Source: Bispira polyomma (taxonomy: Eukaryota). From it: a stretch of DNA of 64,000 nucleotides. The notes under the pieces were generated by a model. The model was not told where the DNA came from and made no database searches. It was given only the letters and a program-made list of their open reading frames with translations. Below, piece after piece: positions 54,801-64,000 of the stretch (the stretch's first letter is position 1; each line of letters opens with the position of its first letter). The position numbers were made by a program, and so were the translations under genes. The stretch is from the NCBI GenBank assembly GCA_965649765.1, contig OZ287751.1:62496001-62560000 (forward strand), read 5' to 3'.

Positions 54801-55530
54801 TGATCTAAATTAATGAAACATATTGCATTTCATATCAACAGAGTTTCTGCATCGAATGAGGAACTCGCAACCACATCAACCAAAAATGTTGTGGAAATAA
54901 ACAGATCAATTGCCCCAATTGCACCAGAAAATGAACCATGCTCTACTTGTAATAGACACCCACATCCAGTAGGCTCCGTCAGGAAGCTGCCTCCAGAATT
55001 AGAGTTGAATTTTCCAAATTCACAGCCTTCTGCATCACAAAGCTCACGCCCTTCTGTCAGGACCAAGTCATCAAGGATTGTGAGGCCAAACAGGTGGTGT
55101 TTTTGTAAAATATAAATATCTTGAAAGCCGTACAATTTTACACTCATGATCAACTTGTGGGATGAAATGTTTTATGTGATTCTTTAATGTTACACTTCCT
55201 CAATTTGTAGGAGATGGCCACAAAACAGACAACCGTAGAAGCTGAAATGTCCTGTTCACCAGCTGAACATGTGGTGCCCATTGATCCTGAGGAGGGAATT
55301 AAGCACATTCCAGTAGATGACTCATTGTGTTTTATTTGTCTGCATGAGGTTCCTCCAAATTTAGAGAAAGGGAAGGGGGGAAATGTAAACCTAAGAAAAA
55401 AGCAAAAAACCTAAATCGGACATAGATTGGGTTTTCTGTGACTTCTGTAATAAATGGTTACATTGCCTGTGTGAATCAGTGTCTGTGTAATTTGCAAGAC
55501 ACATACAAATGTTCTGTGTGCCAAAATAAA
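51873..55530 (+). pseudogene. Multi-exon pogo transposase (psq-HTH, CENP-B HTH, DDE_1 DD35D, C-terminal PHD-like finger), inactivated
   Basis: Exons read MPRNK/GLRCQYDKGDLVKAV..AARQFGIPRTTISD, GPSDQWFRSFEKRNP, IFNCDESG, ITVMMCVSAFG, GYMDKEIF..LLLMDNHDSH, PENTTHLLQHLDVGIF and CFIC..WVFCDFCNKWLHCLC, with GT-AG boundaries. There is a stop at 52311 and a SINE in exon 3. Confidence 0.88.
52820..53076 (+). mobile_element. tRNA-derived SINE, family A, full length with 14-bp TSD
   Basis: TSD cccacaaaccatgg at 52806-52819 and 53077-53090; (aaattc)n tail. Confidence 0.93.
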
Positions 55531-56170
55531 GGTAAATGATTACTATGTTTTTTTGGGGTGCACTCAACCATTGCTAGAATTTGAGTGCGATTTCCTAATT
55601 AGTTTCTTGTTGGAAATGTAAATGTTCAAGGGATGTCAGGTTTCTTGGATATCCACAAATACTTCACAACAGTTACTGGCCAAGGACATTCAGTCCAGAA
55701 AAACCCAACAAACAGAATTTTTAATAGTAGGTTATAAGATATTATTATACATAAGATTGTTACATATCCTTCTGTTTTATTAGTTTCCTCATTTGTATGA
55801 CATTTTCAATGCTGCCCACTAACCCCAATTAGTTACCATTGGACATTACCTTCTGGTCAGTATTGGCAGAACATTTTACATTTTAGTATTCACCTTTTTT
55901 GGCATCACACAAGGTTAAACGAATGAACATCTTCAATTTAGCAGTTTTAAATAAATTAACGCCTATTTTAGCGGTAAGTGGCAACTACATATATGGTTGA
56001 ATTATATCTTTTCATTTGTAACTTCATTTTATGATGTTTGCACAAATTTTCGGGGGTGCCGACAGTGTCATTTGTTTACTTTGTACAAAAGTTAGCGATA
56101 ATCGCATACAGTTGTTTAATATATTTGTTATAAGCAATGACTATTTACCGTTCTCGTGAAAACATTCATA

Positions 56171-58220
56171 TTGATATTAAAGGCATAACAATAGGAAACC
56201 AAACAATTAAACTTACACAATTTGCAGATGACACCACCTTAATACTAGATGGTAGTAGACGTTCTTTGCAGGCAGCTTTGAATACAATAGAGATATTTGG
56301 AAATTTATCTGGGCTAAGAATGAATAAAGAAAAGACAAAAGTTATTTGGATTGGCAGTAAAAAGCTTTCCAAATATAAGTTAAATGTTTCATTAGAACTA
56401 CACTGGGGAGATCATGATTTTTCACTTCTGGGATTAGAACTTTCAACCAATTTAAATAATATCCCATCTATAAATTATGATAAGGTGTTTGAAAAAGTAA
56501 AAAATATTCTCAAGTCGTGGAAGTACAGGATACTAACCCCCATTGGAAAAATAACTGTGATCAAAACACTGATCCTATCAAAATTTAATCATCTCTTTTT
56601 AACAATCCCTGTACCTAAAAGTACCCTTGAAGACTTAAATAAGCTTTTATACCACTATTTATGGGATGGAAAACCAGATAAAATTAATAGGAAGACCATA
56701 TGTAAAAGTTACTCAGAAGGAGGGTTAAAAATGATTGATGTCTTCCAATTTGAAAAATCACTAAAAGTTAGCTGGCTGAGAAACATTATCTCTGAGAAGC
56801 CAAAATTATGGTATACACTTCTTCATGACACTATTGGAGAATTTAAAAACCTATGTATTCTAGGGGGTGAATGGTGCTTCACTTTTTTACACAAATTAAA
56901 CCCATTTTGGAAAGCGGTATTTACACACTGGATAGAAACATGTAGAGTAAAAAAAATCCACTCAAATAATGACATCATGCATAGTTGTATCTGGTTTAAC
57001 AAGAACATCTCCAGCAACAAACTTTATTTTTCAAACTGGTCTAAAAGAGGCATTAACACAATTGGGGATCTTTTAGATTCAAATGGTCAAATGATAAGTC
57101 TAGAAGATCTAAAACTTAGGTATAAGTTAAACATTAACTTTCAAAATTACCTTACAGTGAAGCAACTCATTAGTCTATATATAAATAGTAACAAAAAAGG
57201 GGATAACTGGAAAATGGTACGACCATATATTCCTTTCCACATATCATTATTAATCAGCTGTACAAAAGGTAACAAAGATGTATATGATGTATTGTATCAT
57301 TCTGAAACGTACAATAGAAAGAACCAGTTAAAATGGAATCAAGAACTTAACATTAGAAGTGAAAAAGAGATGTGGAAATCAATATATAATGCGTGCTTCT
57401 ATTCAATATTAGATAATTCATATATATGGACTCAATTTAAAATTATACACAGAATAATTGGCACTAAAGAATATATGCACAAATTAAAAATATCAAATTC
57501 AGATTTGTGTAGAATTTGTGGAGAAAACAGTGAAAGTATTTTACATATTTTTTCAGAGTGTTCTGTTGTTAAAGAATTGTGGAATAATGTCAAATCTTGA
57601 ATTGAATTGAAAATAGATGTGAATCTAGAACTGAATCAGGCCACTCTTATATTGAGATACTGGTACCGAGATAAAATATAATGGCCTTTAAATTTTGTTT
57701 TAATAATAACTAGGCAATACATATTTACATGTGCCAAAAATAACCACAATTTAAATATATATTGATTACAAAAGATAATAAAGGATAAGTATCTAGAACA
57801 AGAATATGTATCTATAACAAACCACTCATTTGATTTTTTCAAAAAGAAATGGTCAATTTGGAAAAATATAGTTTTAGATATCTAAATCATAACAAACACA
57901 ATCCAAGATTTAACAATTAACAAATAACCTATTAAAATCTACAATAATGTATTTTGTAAAGTCAAAGTAATTAACCCATTTTTTTAGACAATATAAGAGA
58001 GGTTTATGTTATCCTTATTTGGATTTATGTAACTCATGAGCAGCTAATTATTGGTTCTTTTTTTAAAAATGTTCAGAAGAAACGTCTTATAAATGTAACA
58101 ATGCATGTCATATTTACAGTAACCGTAGCAACATTATTATTTATAGCACATTATTGTACTGCACTGCATCTGTACTGTAATATATTAAAGGAACTAAATG
58201 TTTTTTGGGGGAAAAAAACA
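56171..58220 (+). mobile_element. L1/Tx1-clade LINE, 5'-truncated, with 12-bp TSD
   Basis: QFADDTT RT motif, GKITVIKTLILSK, GGLKMID, zinc knuckle CRIC...HIFSEC; A-rich tail; TSD aaaacattcata at 56159-56170 and 58221-58232; premature stops from 57598. Confidence 0.93.
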
Positions 58221-59076
58221 AAAACATTCATAGGTGTGGTTTGATGCATTGCCTTGCTAGGTATTACAAATTGTCATACAGTAATATTCGAGATTGAATG
58301 TAATATACACCGTCGTCCTCCGATAATGCCTCGTAAGGCAGTAGGCCTAGTTTTCTGTCCTCGACAATGCTTTGATTTACTGATGGCTCATGGCGAGGAC
58401 AAAATCTTGTTACTGTAAGAACAGCCTTACAGGGAGCGTGGCAAGGTAACACATTTAGTTGTATTCAAATATATACTTGGCACATTTATCCACACATTTT
58501 CTGGTATTGCAGAATCTCTATTATCTGAACTTCTATTCTCAGAATATTCGATTTTACGAACACGCTTTCATTCTCTCCCAAAGTTACATTTTCTAATGAA
58601 GTCCAAGTTAAACTTTTTGTGAGGCACCTGCGTTAGAGACCGGTGGTTTACAATGCATCAGCAGTGGTTTCTGTGATATGTATTGAATGTTTTCGTTCTC
58701 TCGATGTTTGTGTTGTCTACTGGAGCTGTAACAGTTAAGGCCCTCTATCAGTTAAGGGCCCATCCTGAAATTAATGGTTATTGTCTGATAGGCATCGATA
58801 TTTAAACACGAATAATGTGATATTGAAAACAAAATGCCACACTAAATGGACAGACTTAGGCTTAAATCAATATACTTTTGTGCTAAATTTAAGCCTAAGA
58901 CTTGGCTAAGTCCCTTCAGGTGTATTGAAAATATATTGAAAAGCAATATTTAAACATTTATCTTCACTAATACAATGGGTGGGCCTTAACTGAATGTGGG
59001 CATTACCTGTTACAGCAGCTGTAAGCAAATTAGCAACTTTTGTGTGTGGTAACTGAGGCTGTAACAAAATATAGAA

Positions 59077-59324
59077 TTTGAATTTGGATATTTAACGTCC
59101 ACTCTAGTACCTGTTTAGGTTATATTGGGATGGGTAGTTGGAAACTCTGGAGGAAACACTGCATACAGTTGATCAAGTTCTGCACTGAAACCAGCGGCCC
59201 ACAGTAAGGAACTACCACCTTTCCCACATGGGTATCGACGGGGTTCGAACTCACGCTGCCTAGAGGTGAGAGACCAGTGATTGTGAAACGCATTGCTTGC
59301 TAACCACTAGGCCACCGCGGCCCC
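59077..59324 (-). mobile_element. tRNA-derived SINE, family A, full length
   Basis: Reverse complement of family A; imperfect TSD aacaa(a/t)atatagaa on both sides. Confidence 0.9.
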
Positions 59325-59579
59325 AACAATATATAGAAAAACCCAATGTATCCCAACAATATGAGTTTTTCAAAACAATAATATTGCAATACAAAAATTG
59401 GAACAGCAGTATGTATTGGCTATTGCTTACTTCTTTGTATTAAAGTATGAGAGTGTACAGGATATTTGTCAGCAACAGTATTAAACAAAAAGCAATGGAT
59501 GCAATGTCCATTGAATTAATTCAACATTACTCTAATATTGATCATTTCTTATAGTTTGTTTACTTCCAATAAATATTGG

Positions 59580-59752
59580 GGGTGGTGGTGACATAGTGCT
59601 TACAAGCGTCTGCTTTCACACCTCTGGGAAACAAATCCCGTGGATTCCTTCTTCATGTGAGAAAGTTTGTCAGGTTTCCCCCACCACTAATCCTGGCCAT
59701 CGCAATATGACCAAAGCTGTTGAAAGCAACGAAAAACCCAAATAAATTCAAA
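59580..59752 (+). mobile_element. SINE family B
   Basis: ttccttcttcatgtgagaaagtttg ... accaaagctgttgaaagcaacgaaaaacccaaataaattcaaa. Confidence 0.75.
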
Positions 59753-61569
59753 GTCAATCCAACCAAGATGACTCGTTCTTGTTAATACTGCACAAGTATT
59801 TTGTGCATGAGTAGAAACTGATTGGATTTTGAAACTTTCTTTATTTCCAAATGTATTGCTGGAAAATGAACCGGTATATTAATTTAAAATGTATAATATT
59901 TCAGTGAATGTGAAAAGTACAATATTTCAGTGAATAAAAAGTTGAAAGTTGTGCAAAGACGAGTGGTCATTGTCAATTCAGATATTGAGGTCCAGGTGTA
60001 ATAAAGCAGTAGAACTGATTAATTGCTTTTTCACCCCTTTCACTTGGCCAAATTTATGTTTCCCTATTCCTGTGGGCATCATTCTTCTATTTTGCAAACC
60101 TATTCTTTTCCAAATAAAATATTGCTCTCTGAATATATTCAGACCATAGAGGCTTTATTGTAATAATTTGAGACATTTGTATTGGCATTTTGTAGGATAG
60201 TGACAGTCTTAGACGAAAAGTGCCTGGGAATGTTCTTCATGAGGAGATGCCTAGACACTTTCTGCAGGACCTTGACACAGTCTCTGACAGTGAGAGCCTA
60301 GATATCATGGAGGTGCCTGGACACTATAGAAAGTACACATTATTCAGATGGCCTGAATATCAAAGTTATGTGATATTTAGTTTTCTATTTTCTACTATTT
60401 ATATCAAATAACTCTATTTTGACCATGAATGCTGTACAAGCCTAGGGTCATTCTTTTACTTCAACTTTTAAACTTATTTACGACTTTGATGTTAAGGTTG
60501 TAACGTGACTTTAATGGTCTGTTTTGCATTCTTGTGAAAACTGATCATTCATCTTCACAGTTTTATGTTCTATGTTGTTAGGGTGTCACATGATTAAGTA
60601 CTGTCCAATAAAAGTATTGGATGTCGCATAATCTAGTCCTGTCCATGAAAGTATTCGGTGGCACATGATTTAGTCTTGTCCAATAAAGTATTGAAAACAT
60701 TAATTTGTTAATTTTTTTCTAGGTTAGGTACCAAGGTGTCTGGAGATCTGGAGCCAGGCATTAATTAACCCTCATTGTTTTTTATTGTACCTCAGTTCTG
60801 GGCCTGGATTCTCTAAAGAAACTCAAACTTAGACAACTTAAATCGAGACTTATCTGTTGTTTCACTGTTCATGAAAATAACCTCTATGTGTAACCATTCA
60901 TTTTAATAGAGCTTTCAGCACTGAATTCCAATATATATTTGACCTACCTTTCTTAGAGCAAGAGAGATCTGTTAACCTTCAATTTGAGTCTGAGTTGAGC
61001 TAAGAGTACAGGCCCCAGAAGCTTTTGGACAATTGCATGTATTACAAGTTGTACTAATTGACACACTAATATTGTATAATGTGATGGCATTGGTCATTGT
61101 GGCAAGATATTTAAAGTAACTCGGTCGAAACGAAAAATTCTGAAACTATCTAAGCCGAGCCCCTTTAGCACACACGATTATACAGGGCACAGGTTACGTG
61201 ACTGCACACCAAGCGGACTTCCGCCTATTCATTACAAAATTGTAGACGCTACCCCTGAGAAGATGTTGATGCGGGATGGTGGGTCGGGAAGTACGATTTG
61301 TTAGGAATTGATAGGAATTTTACTAACAAAAATTCCAATTACAATAAAATTGGAAATTTTATTGCGTAAAATGTACCTATCAATTCCTAACAATTGCTGA
61401 ATACAGCCTTGGAGGATCTGGAGGAAAATGTCTTCTCCCTGACCCAAAATTGCATTGTGACTGTAAGTATAGAAGCATAATGAGTAAGAAACCGCCTTAT
61501 ACATCTGAAGTCTCGGAGTTACACAAAGCAACATTTGCAAACACTCCGAACATGTTTAGAAAAGGAAAA

Positions 61570-62270
61570 ATCAGAGTCGAAGACGGGTCTATGAGTCAAG
61601 GTGGTCATTATTTAAACAATGGGCAGATGAGAGTCAGATGGACGTCTCAAAGCCTTCTATCCCTCAAATAGCGGATTTTCAGTTGCATTTATTTCAGCAA
61701 CAAGATTTGAAGCCTGCTACTGTGGCTTGGTACTGTACAGATGTTCGAGCACTAGCCATAGATGCATTCAACATCTCTTGGAAGGGTCTGGACGGCTATG
61801 CTTTTTGTCCAGTGGTATTAATACCCAAGCTAGTTCATAAAATGTTGTGGTATCGTTGCTGTATGATGGTCCTAGCCCCAGGATAGCCAGGGATGACTTA
61901 GTTTTGGAATCTCGTAGACCTGTCAGTAAGACCTCCATTGTTGATCCCTTAGTGGCCTCATCTGTTAAGACAGCCATTCAGTGTGAAGTTTCATAAAAAT
62001 CTCAAGTACCTGAATCTGCAAATATGGTAACTGGAATCAGATCTGACACAGAACTCACTTTCTCACAGTCAGTGGAAGATGGAATTAAGGCACCTCAGAG
62101 ACCGTCCTCAAAACGGCTATATGAATTAAGGTGGTCCTTATTTAAACAATTGGCAGATGAGAGTATCAGAGCCTTCTATCCCTCAAATAGCGGGATTTTC
62201 TGTTTTATTTATTTCAGCAATGAGCTTTGAAGCCTTCTACTGTGACTGGGTACCGTACAGCTATTGCTGT
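61570..62270 (+). mobile_element. DIRS1-like retrotransposon remnant (methyltransferase-like domain plus YR N-terminus)
   Basis: ALAIDAFNISWKGLDGYAFCPVVLIPKLV..LAPG*PGM..FW is the DIRS1 MT signature (YAFPP-like); FSQSV..IKAPQRPSSKRLYELRWSLF and PSIPQIADF..LKPATV..Y match the YR N-terminal domain. Confidence 0.75.
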
Positions 62271-62809
62271 ACGAATGAATGGTCATCCTCGAGCACCTCG
62301 GCGCCCATAGTGGCTGCCCATGAGGAAGTGCATTTAAAAGGACGCTGTGTTCTGTAAGTGCGCTATAGCAAATGTACTTTTTCATTTTCATTTTATCTGC
62401 ATGCTTTCTTGGGAAATTTGGTACATCAGCCCTCGCTGAAGGCTAACCTCACCTTTGTGAGAGGTGTCTTTTTCGTTCATCCCCATTGTATATATATATC
62501 ACTGTCTGAATTTAAGCTAAAATTTGTGCCCCAATTCAAAAATGATGTTTGAAGTATGATCAATAGTTCAAAAGTGAGTAAGTTAAACCTGTGATGGAAA
62601 TGATAGGTTGGTCTAAAGGTGGTTGGCTAATAGGAATAAGAGGAGTTGTAGCGAATTCACATTTTAGGGTGGACAGAGGTTCCAGGTGATATTTTGCCGT
62701 GACTATTACACTAAAAATTGTAGAATTGTGCATGGGCACCCATTCGTCTCAAAACTGGTATCAGGCCAAGTACTGATGAGTTAACAAAACCTTATTAATA
62801 ACGTACCTT

Positions 62810-62995
62810 GCTACTCATCTTTCCTGCAATAACCTTAAGAGCGAAAACAAATTCTGTGTTCTGTAAAACCCACAAAAGGGCCAGGTCTGCAGCTTTCTCT
62901 ATCACAGCCTCTATGTGATGGAATAGTCTCCCACTTGGACTTAGATCACTATAAACACTTGGTTCAAAAGAAAGCTGAAAACCTATCTCTTACCC
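62810..62995 (+). mobile_element. L2/CR1 LINE 3' fragment
   Basis: AFSITA...WNSLPLGLR...FKRKLKTYL type terminus; a similar fragment lies at 47130-47255. Confidence 0.55.
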
Positions 62996-64000
62996 CCTTT
63001 CGTGTCCCTCCCTGTACACCCCAACATCCTTCCTTATGACCTTGTTTTTTTTGGACTGATAGATTTGGTTAATTGATTCATCTGAAGAATGCAAAATCAA
63101 TACAATTTTAACATTAAATTTGGCTTACCTGTAAATTAGTCATAATGACCTCATGTAATGTTAGCAAGCCTAAAACCTTAAGTATTTTATCTATTTTAGT
63201 TATTGTAACCTTAATTTTACTTTAACCATGGTAAGCTTAGTTAAGTAATTAATTTTATTTAAGTCTTTTTTTTATTGTGTAGTACTAATTAACTATAGGC
63301 TTTGTAAGTATTATAGCGGTGGAACGTAACTCATAAATTTCATTTGAACATTGCAACTTCTAATTTGTATTTATTTATTCAATGTTCGTACAATGGGCAC
63401 AATAATTAAAAACAAATACAATGTTTACATATAAGGTAAAAGACCAAAAAAATACAGTATATAAATGGTGAACTATATACAGTCACTGCAGATGGACCTA
63501 GGTTATGTCACTCAACACAGAGATTATTGATCATATATGTTAACTCGTGATTACATAAGCTGGTTGATCTTTTAATACAGTCTGATAATACTAGATATAT
63601 TTTTATCAGACTAAATGGAGTTTTCTGTGGCAATAACTAAAACTTTTATCAAGTGAAAAGGCTCAATTTTCACTAACTGCAGAAGTACTGCATTGGATAG
63701 CTAGCCTACTGCACAGTGAAGACACTTCATAGTGATCATTCATGGCACTCACTATAAATTAATTTAACAAAACGTTTTGCTAGTTTAAACATTAAGTTAA
63801 ATTTTGTCACCAGGACTGTTGAGTCATTTTGTGAAATGAATAGTGGTCACAGGCATTATGCAAAATGACAGATATTTTAGAGATTTGCCTTTAATGATTG
63901 TTTTTGTAAATTGACTGCAACATATATATAGTACTTTTTTTAAAAAGGTTGTAGGATCTTCCGATTTTATGAGATGTCCTAGTTTTTGTATCATAAAATT

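Larger units (their letters stand above)
51718..58341 (+). mobile_element. pogo-superfamily DNA transposon (DD35D), both ends intact, with nested SINE and LINE
   Basis: TA|ctgccttacgaggcattaccgg ... ccgataatgcctcgtaaggcag|TA: 22-bp TIR with 1 mismatch and TA TSD, enclosing the transposase exons. Confidence 0.92.

Noticed and set aside
56137-56170. ATG start of the 487-aa ORF as a real gene start
   Set aside because: Lies outside the LINE (in the TSD and pogo sequence); a fortuitous in-frame fusion to a 5'-truncated RT.
61110-61525. Possible Kolobok-like element (ttaaagtaactc ... gagttac)
   Set aside because: The inverted match is only 7 bp and the right TTAA TSD is absent.

Overview
AT-rich, repeat-dense animal DNA, probably a mollusc such as a bivalve (inferred from the SINE/Helentron types and the protostome-type channel turret). 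The only clear host gene is a T-type voltage-gated calcium channel (Cav3) on the + strand, and it is atypical. It has two coding exons (10432-10660 and 12694-18587; 2040 aa), with all four channel domains in one 5.9 kb exon, whereas Cav3 genes normally have >30 exons. Its selectivity filter reads A-E-D-D instead of E-E-D-D, its domain II turret is fixed in a cysteine-depleted exon-12b-like form, and its C-terminal tail is very short. This suggests an intact mRNA-derived paralogue with possibly altered ion selectivity. Its single intron begins with a 48-bp minisatellite made from a MITE terminus. The rest of the window is mobile DNA: a decayed Ngaro-type tyrosine-recombinase retrotransposon with split direct repeats; a 6.6 kb TIR-bounded pogo-type transposon with an intron-rich DD35D/PHD transposase and nested SINE and L1/Tx1 insertions; a DIRS1 remnant; L2/CR1 fragments; a Helentron-like element with 146-bp repeats; several MITE families; and tRNA-derived SINEs. 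There is one assembly gap.
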